From Schmidtea nova (lineage: Eukaryota), in contig CM097882.1 of NCBI GenBank assembly GCA_044892505.1, forward strand, positions 543,492,001 to 543,556,000: 64,000 nt of DNA. Direction: 5' to 3'. The position numbers and the translations under genes are program-made. The notes below the pieces were generated by a model. It did not search any database, was not told the DNA's origin, and worked only from the letters and a program-made list of their open reading frames with translations. This document shows positions 49,461 to 61,143 of this stretch, piece after piece. The first letter of the stretch is position 1. The number at the start of each line of letters is the position of its first letter.

Positions 49461-51550
49461 AAAACGTCCTTTTTTGAAAAATATTATTTCTTCACTTTCT
49501 TCTTCCAAAAAGGGGGAAACTTTTTAAAAAAAATCAAAAATGCAATTTATATTCTTAAATTACACAAACTTTCCTCGATTGCAAGTGGTTTCATAATTTT
49601 TTTTTGTTATTACCCTAATATACATATTTTAATATAATATATAAAATTTTTCCAAAATGCTTTCTATATTTAACATAATTTTTTTAATTTGTCCTAAAAA
49701 TGTAATTTCATTTTTAGATCACTTATTTGTTTATATTTAATTTAGACCAAGTCAAGATATCAGATTATAGTGACCACATTAATTATATATAATAAATTAA
49801 TATTTTAATTATAATTTTAATAACGAAAATTAAACGTTGTTTTAATAATATTATTTTTTAGATAAAAATAAAGTTTTAAGCTCGCCACATTATTTTTATT
49901 CTATTTATATCTCGATCTGTATGTATTGATTTGATAACAAGGGTTAGGGTTGTCATAAGTACCACCTAAACCTAAAATTCGGAACCACCTTATTTCAACA
50001 CCCTTTTCTTTTCAAATTAAATTCCCAAATATCAAATTAAAAAGATATTCAACGAAGTATCTTATGTTGTTACCAAAGTAGAACAAGTTACTGAAGTTGT
50101 ATAAGTTGAACAAACTGTAGTTTCTAAACAAATCGAATAAATAGAAAAGAAAAATTTTATGAAATAAATTTTTGTCAAAAATATCTTATTTTTACAATTA
50201 AAAAGGAAATTATTTAAAAATTATGATTTTCTGGTTTTAAGCAAACTTTCTAATAATTTTTTTCATGTAACTGAAAAAAAAACTTAAAAAAATTGTATTG
50301 CGACATGTCTTTCTCAGTTCTAGGTCTAGTAATAATCAAGTTCTTTTATAATGATATTATAAAATTAAAAATGATCTACGAGGCTTCATCCATTACCTGG
50401 ATTAGACATTGTCAATAAAAATGTAAAACTCAGATTTTTAGAAATAAAAAACTTATTAGAATAAAACATAAAATAATAACGTTCAACAGAAAACATGGGC
50501 TTATTATTGTTTATTATTTCACATAAAAATGGATAGTAATTGCACTATAATGTTATCTCTAACCCAGGCATCAACTTGCTCAGGTGACCATGTAATGCAC
50601 GTAGAGAGATATTTGGCAACTATTCTATATCAATAGCCATTATTAACATATATGTCAAATGAAACGACAACAACTTATACGTTTAAATTAATTGTATTCT
50701 AATAAATGACATTTATTGCAGGAAATAGAAACTTAAATGGACCAATAACACATCACCATTGCAGAATTACAGTTTTCATTCAATTTTTAATTTTAATAAC
50801 AATTCTTCCAATTAAAATACACCAATACCTTATTTTACTGTGTAGAGAGAGCCGTAAATCTAAATTTGGTTAGACGAAACATTCCAAACCCCATCTCAGC
50901 TGCTGGATAATTTTTTTTCACTGTTTTGAAAAGCGTATATCGAGCATTTTTGAGTTGTATATAGAATATGAGCGGCCATATAAAGAGATTTGGATGTATT
51001 TATTTTCAAATTTAATTTTTATCGATTTGATTTATTTTCATTTTTTCAGACAATAGATAATATATTTTTAAATAATAACAATTAAAAGAGAAGCAGTTCC
51101 AATATTTTATGTTAAATATAAAAATATTTTTGAGCTCTTGTCTTTAATTTAGGAAAATAAATTTTGTGAAATTTTAGGAGATGAGCGCTTATGCAGGTAA
51201 GTAGCTGGAGTTAGACGTGAATAATTTTTGAGTTCCTAGATCCCATTCCTTCGTCGAAAATTGTATTAAGATATCTTGAATTTTTATTGGTCTCAATTAT
51301 TTTTCATTAAATAAATTTTCGTTGTATAAACTTTATTTATATAGTGACATAATTGTTTTACATAACAATTTTTCATTGTGTAAAGTATTATTTCAAGGTA
51401 AACTATCATTCGATAAATGATTGAATTTAAGACTCAAATTTTGAAGAAAGAACACAATGTTCTTTTTTACAATACTATATTTACATATAATTGTTAATTT
51501 TGTTATGATATATTAATAATGAACAAATTTGACTTTAAAACGTTTTATTG

Positions 51551-52816
51551 TTAGGTTTTCCGGAATAAAATGTACTAATAATATATAATAATTTTAAATC
51601 ATGATAACTGTTTTTATATAAAAAGTATTTCTTTATTTTAAAGTTTATTAGAAAGCGCTTATTTCAAATTCAAATATTAAGTAAGATTTATAATAATTTA
51701 ATTACTATAAATTTCATTTTTAAATATAAATGTACAAGTTAGAAAATCTTGATTTGAGACTTCTTTATTTATACGAGTGGAAATCGAAGAACAATTCAGT
51801 TGAGATTGAGAGGCATATTAACAATGTTTTTGGGAGCGATACAGTTAATGAAAAAACTATAAGCGTTGGTTAAAAAATTGTATAACGGAGAAATTGATCT
51901 CGAAAATATGCCTCGCGGTAGATTCAATATCAAGCTGTCGGAGGAAGATTTACGTGAAGCTGTTGTTCAAAATTCAACAAAATCTGTTCAAGAACTTGCT
52001 ATAGATCTGTCTATCTCAAAAACAACCGTTTATGACAACTTAAAGATAAATGGTATGGTCAAAAAGCTTCAAAAATGGTTCCCGCATGAATTGACTGAAT
52101 TGCAGAAATTAAACAGATTATAAACTTGTTTATCTCTTCAAGCCCGACAACGGAAGTCATCTTTTCTTAATAATATTATTACCTGCGATTAAAAATCGAT
52201 TCAATATGAAAATCGTAGGCGGTCAGGAAATGGTTGGACAGACATTAATTCTCAAAACAGTAACTTCACAAAAAGAAAGTCATGCTCTCAGTCTGGTGGT
52301 TTTAGTATGGTGTAATACATTATTTTTTTCTGAAAATGAGTGCAACAATCAATTCTGAAAGATACTGTTTAGATTTAGAAAAATGCATGAAAAATTCACC
52401 ATTAGTCACCCTGCAATTGTTAATAGAAAAGGTTCAATTATCCTACTGATAACGCCAGGCCTCACGTATCGAAAGTCACTGTAAAAATTACAGGACTTAG
52501 GATTTGAAGTTTTACCGCATCCACCTTACTCACCCGATCTATCACCAATTGATTTCCTCTTATTTAGACATTCAAGTCTTTATATCAAGAGCAGAAAGTT
52601 CAAAGATTTGGAGAAGAAAAAATCGACAGTTATCACTTTCTTGGACTTCAGACATGAGAATATTTTTAAAGAAAGTATAGAAAAGCTCCCGCGACGATGG
52701 CAAGAGTGTATTAATGTTGATAGATTATATTTTGATTAAATAATAAATGTTTAAATATATTTGTACGTCTTTTGAATATATTCGATTTAGTGGACATTTC
52801 ATTCCGGGCAACCTAA
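51551..52816 (+). mobile_element. Full-length decayed mariner element (1266 bp)
   Basis: TIRs ttaggttttccggaataaaatgt / acatttcattccgggcaacctaa followed by TA; WFPHEL, IITCD, DNARPH, HPPYSPDLSPIDF. Confidence 0.92.
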
Positions 52817-54639
52817 TAAAATGCTATATCTAGTGACAGCAAGATAAGTTAATATAATTGAGTAACGTAACCGTATTTTGTTGCGTAATAAATACATTGT
52901 CGTTAATTGAAACATGTCTATTGCGAACATGTTTGGGCTTAAAGTTTTGGTTCACATTATAAAGCTATCCACTATATAAAGAAACTTCAATTACACTAAA
53001 TATTTTCCATGGCCAAATCTATTGTCTATATGCTATAAAAATATTTAAAGATTCAAAAATACGGCCATCCTACTGTTAAATTACCTAAAAATTAGTAAAC
53101 GTACCAATTGGACATTTTACACTCCTAACATCAAGTCTTACTTACTGAAATATATTTATTATTCGGAATGTGAATTGTGAAATTTTTTAGTAAGGCGATG
53201 CCACGGCCTGCTTTATAAATTAGCATGACAGACTGGTAGAATTAGCATCAAAAATGTCATTATAATTTATCATGTAAAATCAATTTATCATTTTCTAACG
53301 ACGGTTCTTTGATGTAAATAAATTGTTTTTACTCCTTTATTCTATTGTTATGGAATTTCAATGGGAAACATATCGAACAATAAGTAATAAAAGTATATGG
53401 CCATTAGCTGGAATGAATTCTAAAAATTATTTTAAGCATTTTTCAAGAGATTTTCAGTAAATTATTAAATAAAGTTAAATGTTCTATTGTAAATAAAAAT
53501 AGATAGTGGTTTTTGTTATTATTTATGTTAACTTAAAATTATAAAGTAAACAAATTGATCATTATTGAATTTAACTAATGCTCTTTTGAAGTTTGGTATT
53601 TGATATATTGTATAGCAACACAATATGAGGTATCATTTATATACAAATGAACTAGAAGTAACGATAAAAGATCGCATTTTTCGGGAAGCGTAGTTTTACC
53701 TGTACATCGGACTGGTATTCATATGCAAGAAGGGTTCCACATTTTCCGTTAAAATTCCAATTATATAAGGAAAAATAAAACGATTTTCATTATACAAGTG
53801 TAGGCTTCACTCAGATCAACAATATGAGTCAGGTGAATATGGTACATATCCTATAATGATAGATTTGCACAAATATTTATATTTTAACTAAACATTACGT
53901 TTTCGAGGTAATTAGTCATTTCTAAAAATAATTTTATAACAGTTCTTGTACGAAACCAACAATTATTTCACCATTTTTCATCCGCAGATTATAACATTAC
54001 AAATAGATAAGAATAACTATTTCCATTATCTTCATTTCTTTTTAAGATTATTGATCAATACTTATTCTTAAATTTATCACTAATTTTCGACACTGGCTTT
54101 TCAATGGTTTGAAAATATTAATCGATAGTCTAAAACAGAAATGAAAATAAAGGAAATTGAAAATGATCAATGGTCAGAAAAAAACTAAAAAAATTAAATT
54201 AAATAATTATAATTCTATATGAAATTTATTATTAAATTTGTTAATAATTTAACAAATTTTGAATACCGAAACTATTCATGATTATTTTAAAAATGAAACA
54301 TTTAATAACAGGATATAATGAATCTAATAAAGGTCAATATTAGAACTAATGCATTATAAATATGCGCATCTGCTGTCAAGCGTATCATTATTCACTGAAA
54401 ATGAATTAATTTTAGAAAAAATCCTGGAGGTTAATAAAACGTAAAAATATTTGTGTTACAGCACCTTAAAATGTTTTTTGAAAAATGGAAATACGTTCCA
54501 ATTCAATGAACTTTGTTTTATTGGACTTTTTGGAATTCATGATTAAATGTGAAAAGTTTGAATGAAGTTTGGAAATCGTAGTTAAACTGGTTTCTTAATA
54601 ATAAAGCATATCCCAGCTATTTCCATCAAGATTTATTAA

Positions 54640-54920
54640 TTTGCATCTATTAAAATTAAGTAAATTAACATTCTTCAGATGATTTTTCCCAATAAAAATT
54701 CTGATTTGTCTTTTATTATCGTTCATTAATGTAGCAGGAATAATTGTAAGTTGAAGTTGGATAAATAGTTGATTTACAGAGCTGAAAATATCAACTAAAA
54801 TGTCCAAATCTTGTTTCCATTTAATAAATTTGTTGCCTGACACTTTAAAAAAAATAAATTTCATCATGTCATAAAAACCTTTTAATGCCTTTATGATAAA
54901 ACAATCAAAGAACATCGTTG
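54640..54920 (-). pseudogene. hAT transposase fragment
   Basis: WKQDLDILVDIFSSVNQLFIQLQ resembles the hAT W..LxYLxDIFxxLNxLxLQLQ segment. Confidence 0.5.
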
Positions 54921-56031
54921 TGGTAGTTTGATAAATAAGATTTATTTTTAATATAAATATATAGACGTACGATACAAAATATAATGTATATACTCGGTGC
55001 ACTGTGACATATGTCTATATCAAGCTACTCACAGGAATAAAAATATAAAATATATATTTACTGGTACTTCAAACTTAAAAAATTATAATAATGCAGAAAA
55101 AGAAACAATGTAATATGACAGTTTTTGAACACGATGAAAGATTTGATAAGAAATTTGTAAAGGCTAATGATATGACGAGCTTAGGAAGATTATTGTGTGA
55201 ACTCAAAAGTTAATGAACCTAGTGAAAATAAGAATAATGATGACGTATTAAGCGAATTGGAAGACAAAACAGGCGATACAAATGTTAATAAAAAGGATTG
55301 GTATAATAAAAGTCAAGTGAAAGACAATAAAAGTGAAACTAAAATTGAAAATGAACTTGAAATGAAAATAAGAGAAAATCAGTGAACATGAAAATGATAA
55401 TAAAAATTAAGATAAAATGAACAGAATTTCTGAACAAAATACAATGGAAATAGTTGCTTATAAGAAAGAAAATATATCAAAAGCAGGGGTGACTATTTAC
55501 GAAATTTCAAATGTGTTAAATGATGGAGAAATTTTATACTTCATAGACAATGAAAATTCAAAGAAAGATAAAGGCGTGTCAGAGACAATGATGAAAGAAG
55601 ATAAAAAAGTCAATTATTCTGATAGATGAATTTTGGAACGAAGAAAGATGCTTCAACCCAAATAGAAATAGCCTGAGAATGGAAGAAAAGGTATAAAATA
55701 TTGATGAATTGTAGCAAATAGACAAACCTGAAAATGAAGAAATAATTGATAATGAATACGAAGATTTAGAACTTTGCAAAAGTGCCAATGGTAATGAGAC
55801 TAAAGTTGGAAGACCTAAAGGTTTTAAAAAATGAAAATTGATTAAAAGCAGTCAGGAGAAACACTTAAAATAGAAAACAAAATCGTTGACAAAGGTCAAT
55901 TTACGCAGCTCAATAACGACAAATGTAATATATTTGGATGATCAGGCAGTCGTGTAGTTTACATTAAAGTGTCAAGAGGAGTAGAATAGTCAATCCCAGA
56001 AAAGATTTTAAAATTTTATTATTTGTTTTTA

Positions 56032-56550
56032 GGTACTTTCCGGTTATCTAAATCTCATAAAAAATGAACAATTTCAATTTTAAAAATCTTTTTAAACCAA
56101 TTTAGGCAATAAACANNNNNNNNNNNNNNNNNNNNNNNNNNNNNNNNNNNNNNNNNNNNNNNNNNNNNNNNNNNNNNNNNNNNNNNNNNNNNNNNNNNNN
56201 NNNNNNNNNNNNNNNNNNNNNNNNNNNNNNNNNNNNNNNNNNNNNNNNNNNNNNNNNNNNNNNNNNNNNNNNNNNNNNNNNNNNNNNNNNNNNNTATTAA
56301 TAAATTATAATATCAATTTATTCAATTAAATAAAATAAAACACTTCAGGAATAGTATTTTATCAGTGTCTTTGAAAAAATTTGATTAATTTTGGAATTTT
56401 TTTGATGATGTAATAAATAATAATAATAATAAAAATTATTATAAAAATAAAAATGATTATTCTGTTGTTTATTGCCTAAATTGGTTTAAAAATATTTTTA
56501 AAATTGAAATTGTTCATTTTTCGATGAGGTTGAGATAACCGGAAAATACC
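56032..56550. mobile_element. MITE with ~85-bp TIRs (gap in centre)
   Basis: ggtactttccggttatct..aaccaatttaggcaataaa vs tttattgcctaaattggtt..agataaccggaaaatacc. Confidence 0.75.
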
Positions 56551-56745
56551 GTTTTTATATAATTTTGGTTTAATTGTGAGTTTGTTTATTTTGGCCAGTT
56601 TTGTAAAAAAATTTAAAATGTGTAAATATTGAATTCCAATCAATAATTAATGTAAATAGAAAATTATAATTGATTTCAACTGTAAGTTTAAATTTTTATG
56701 TCTACTACTGTTGCATCACTTGATAAATTTGATGAAGTAACAACT

Positions 56746-56935
56746 TGTAATGGGTGTAATGTCACGTACATTGGAGAGACATGAGTTCAAGAGCATGCCA
56801 TAAAGAGTGGAAAGAGTAATATTATTGAGCATAACAAGACATGTATGAAAAGCATTGATGTTTCCAATTTTAAATTATTGTCTAGGAGTTTTAACAACTA
56901 TTATGAACGTTTGAGTTGTTAGGCTTTGATAAGTT
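56746..56935 (+). pseudogene. Penelope-like GIY-YIG endonuclease remnant
   Basis: CNGCNVTYIGET*VQEH..SNIIEH..C..FKLL..NYYERLSC*ALI matches the PLE CxxC-YIGxT..R..EH..IL..R..EAL layout. Confidence 0.75.
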
Positions 56936-57334
56936 TTGATAGATTTTAATTAATATTATTAGGGTTAATAAATGTTTTGTTGGATTGGGCACATGGTATT
57001 ATGTAATCACTAATAAACTTATAAATAAGATCAATTTTTATTTTATTGAATTTGTTTATTGTCTGAAAATAACAGCTGAGCTATCAAAATACATTTAAAA
57101 AAATGGTGTTCTTTAATTAATTATTATCATTATTGAAAATTATTAAATGGTGATTTATTGTTAGCAGCATTAATTAAATATTAAATAAGTAATAAATAAC
57201 AAAATAGCCTGTGCTGCAAAATTTCTATTATAAAATAATCTATATCAATTTATTTCAATATATCTTCTTTATTATGTACTGCTTTTTCGTTTTCTTAGTT
57301 AGCTCTTTTTTACTTGTTGGTAACCTAATTAAAA

Positions 57335-57720
57335 ATATCTTAAAATTTTTCGGTAATTTCCTCTTTAGAATGTTTGTCTCTAATGAGAATAAATTCTTTC
57401 AGTCTGAGATTTTTTCATCGTTTTCGCTTGTTAATATTCTTACTAATATTACATTTATTTTATTGTCTGACAGTGATGAAGATTTCTGTATACAGATGAC
57501 TTTCCACGAGGATCAAGGTGTTCTTTAATTCTCCAATGAAAATTGCGAAGGGTGTTTTCGATGTAAATTTCTTCGCATTTATTACACATGATGCTATAGA
57601 CTATTCTTGCAAAAGCATATTTTCTTTGGTATCTGGCAATTTTCCATCTGAAAAGTATTTTCTTTAAAGCTTGTCCCTATGGTAAGAACAACCGGTTGTG
57701 GAGCTGATAACAATTGCCTA
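57335..57720 (-). pseudogene. Second Penelope-like GIY-YIG remnant, convergent with the first; may extend to ~58150
   Basis: IVYSIMCNKCEEIYIENTLRNFHWRIKEH..KSSVY..HC then (frameshift) ILTSENDEKNLRLKEFILI. Confidence 0.8.
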
Positions 57721-58275
57721 CGAATTTAAAATTTTTTAATCATAGCTTTGTTTTTTGGTGTTTGTTCAGATGTCATACCGCCTCAATGCCAGTCAGCCAG
57801 TCACTTATTGCAATGTATTTTTATTGACATAAATAATACCATAAAATTGATATATTTGTTGTTTTTGGAATATATAATTGTTTATCGAGTCACATTAATG
57901 CCGAATTCGGTTAGTATTCTGAATTCTTGATTTTGAAAAATTGGCACTAGATGCGTGGCAGATTGTTCGACCCGATTATGAATGTTACCAATTAATAGAT
58001 CAAGCTCTAATTTTCTTTTCTAGTGTTTTTAGACAGGACTTACCTCAATGTCTTAAATCTTTGTGCCAAACAAATATGAAGAATAGTGAGATTAGGTTCA
58101 TTGATAATAATGAAATTTATCCGGTCATTAATGAATGGAATTCAATTTGGCAGTAAATATTAACAATTGCTATCATGTGTAAAGACTTGTAAATCTAAAA
58201 TGCTTCATAAAATATATTTTTATTTTTAATATAATATTTCAAAAATTTAAAAAGCTTCCATTGAAAACTAAATAG

Positions 58276-58552
58276 TTAAACAATTAATTGATCAATCGCA
58301 CCTGATAATGATTTATTCTGTGTGTCTGGCAACGGGTGGAGATTAATGCTTCCAAATGTTCTCTCTTTTTCCTCTATCTCAGCTGAGCCTTGACTGCTTG
58401 ATGTTTTATCGGTCGAATTGGTATTCTGACTGCCACTGCTGTTTTTGCTGTCATTCGATAATGTGCTCGTTTGTCCCTCCGTTATCGTTGATGATTTCAC
58501 AGTTGTACCGCTATCAATAGAGCTTTGCCTGTCCTCAATTATAAAAGTTGGT
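58276..58552 (-). CDS. Orphan Ser/Thr-rich coding exon, product unknown
   Basis: Acceptor ttttttcgaattttag; open PTFIIEDRQSSIDSGTTVKSST..QLIV-stop; GC content above the flanks. Confidence 0.55.
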
Positions 58553-59099
58553 CTAAAATTCGAAAAAATTAAATTTTTAACTACAGAATCGTTAAATTAA
58601 TTGGAATTATATTGTTATAAATTGGAAAAATCTCATTTACTTTTCAATGTCAAATGCACAGTTCTGTCTTTGAATTCGATTACTTTTATTCATTCAAGAA
58701 ATTTAAAAAAATTCATTATAATATGACTTGTAAAATATTTGTAGATCTATAAACATTAATATTTAATCATCTGTTAAGAGAAAAATAGATTAGATTAGTC
58801 TAGTAAAAGCAATAGTAAATTATTCAAATAAAAATGTTATTTTTTTAACTAATATAACTTAATATTATTCAAAAATTTGTATCATAAAATTAAAATAATT
58901 TTTTTAATTACAAAAAATAAAGTATTGCATTTGATATAATTAACCCTAATCATTCCACATAATTTGAATTATAAATTTTGAAACATATTTTGGAAAAGTA
59001 CGTTTCAAGTTGATTTTAAAAGTTTTTATATATAAATAACTAATAAAAGTTTAAAGGTAATCAAACCTTAAATATAACTCGCCAACAACCTAGTCTCTT

Positions 59100-61140
59100 T
59101 TTGGGAGAGATAATTCGTTTAAATGTTGCGGCAGTACCCGGTATTTCTAAAAATGCGCCTCTATTGACCCACCAATTCCTTTCGGCATTCCCCTACCATC
59201 TACAAACTTCGCTGGCATTGGTTGATTCTGAAGATCCATATCACCTCGCGAAGATCGCTGACCGCATTCACGCACTGCAACCACATAAACCCAACGCAGA
59301 TATTTACACAGCACCTTTACTAACACCCACCGTTAACGCAGCGCATACACCTCACCACCCTTTCCCTCAGACAGTTGAAAGATATCCCAACATCACCTCT
59401 TCATTACATGATACACAGCATACCAATCACCTACGAACAGCACGCGCACAAAACAAGCAACCCAATAACAGCGCAACACTAATCTGCTTTTATAATAACA
59501 GATTTAGAAAACAAGCACAGAAATGCTGCATTGGCTGCACTTCCGAATTCCACAATTCTCATAATCCAGTCATTCCAATCTGCATCCACCACCACCTGTT
59601 CAAGAACGAAGCCAAATTGTGCATCGAAGGATGTACATGGCACTCCAGCAGTCACCACCATGCAAAAACTAACCGAGTCATCGGATATTCTTGGATGCTC
59701 CGATAACTTCCTGCCAGTGAACACTCTTCCTCACAGCAAACCACGTCCAACGCACACAATATCAACTCCACCAGCAAACACCATTTCAGACATGACCACT
59801 ACTCTCCACACATGACAATTACTTTGCACAGCTCAACTCACTACACCACTTAGCGCACCCCGCACAACACAAACACCAACAAAAACAAAAACACCATACT
59901 CAGAACCACCTGCATCGTTACCAACATCAACGTTCATTAAACCACTAAAAGCACCACTATCAATGCCACAAACACCGCTCATCCCTCCTCACGCCGAAAT
60001 TTCCAGACAACACGAGCATCCTGCCACCACCGCCACCAGCTACCACCACCACCATAAACAAGGCAACCCTAGCCACACCAATTTTAACCAGAACTCTCGG
60101 AAATTTCACCATCAACGCCGAACTGTTCGAAGAATACGGACAACCCAAGCAACGCACAATAACATTCCTTATAGACACAGGCTCGTCATATTCAATTCTA
60201 GCCACCACCTTCACCGCAGACACACCCTGCTCATCCTCTGCTATAGCCCCAAACGGTACGCAAATAATGCTCTCTGGTACGAAAACAATAAAATTTCGCC
60301 TCCCCTGCTTTTCTAAACATTTCTCGCACTCATTCTACATTGCCGACACAACATTCCCGATTCTAGGCCTCGATTTCTTAATAACCGAAGAAGTGAACAT
60401 CGACTGTAAAAATAGAAAACTGTATCAACTCCCTCACCCAGTTTCCACGATAGTGTCACCAAAAACAACAATCACTTTAACAGCAAACAACGTGGAGTCA
60501 GTCATCGCCACAAATTTCCCGAATCTTCTGACCAAATCTACCACACACGTACCCAGCAAAGAATCCGTCCATTTCATCACCACCGTTCCGGTACACCACA
60601 AAGCGCTCGTTCCCGGTCTCTGGCCATTATTAGACGAAAAGCCGTCGAACTAGAATTTTCAGAACTCGAAGACAAAGGCATCATCCGACGCACATCCTCC
60701 CCATGGGCTTACCCTATCCATGTAGTCACGAAGAAAGACGGCTCCTTCCACCCTTGTGGCGATTTTCGCGCGTTGAACAGCGTAACGATTCATGACGCTT
60801 ACCCTATGCCTCTCATTAAAGACCTAATTTCACGTTTTTCGGGGAATACAGTCTTTTCAACGATCGACCTCGCCAAAGCATTTCATCAGTTCCCTGTAAA
60901 TCCAGATGACATTCCAACAACAGCGGTAACTACCCCTTTCGGCAACTTCGAATACTTGTTCATGCCATTAGGCCTTAGGAATGCCGCACAAACACTCCAA
61001 CGCTTCATGGACATCACCTTCCGACATCTCAACCACACCTTCGTCTATCTAGACGGTATCATTGTTGCTTCTCCCGACGAGTCCTCACACTCAAGAGACT
61101 TAATACAGGTTTCCTCTCGAAACCCCTTGCTGGTCACAAC
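59100..61140 (+). mobile_element. CsRn1-like Gypsy remnant (gag, protease, RT truncated just after YxDD)
   Basis: LAKIADRI; CX2HX9CX3C motif; IAD..PILGLDFL; GIIR..SSPWAYPIHVV.KKDG..CGDFRALN..MPLGLRNAAQT..VYLDGIIV. Confidence 0.85.
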
Positions 61141-61143
61141 AAT

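Noticed and set aside
52908-52922. GAAACATGTC, which looks like a hammerhead 3' half
   Set aside because: No upstream CUGANGA or stem II; too short to support.
55197-55790. Short Lys/Glu/Asn-rich ORFs
   Set aside because: Fragmented by stops, with no motif or splice support; probably a decayed TE but unassignable.
57941-58194. Plus-strand ORF 57941-58156 and a minus-strand segment bounded by AG and a strong GTAAGT donor
   Set aside because: The minus segment has stops in all three frames, and the plus ORF has no splice or homology support; the region more likely continues the decayed Penelope-like element.
59963-60316. His-rich ORF
   Set aside because: Out-of-frame reading of the C/A-rich Gypsy gag-pol linker and protease.
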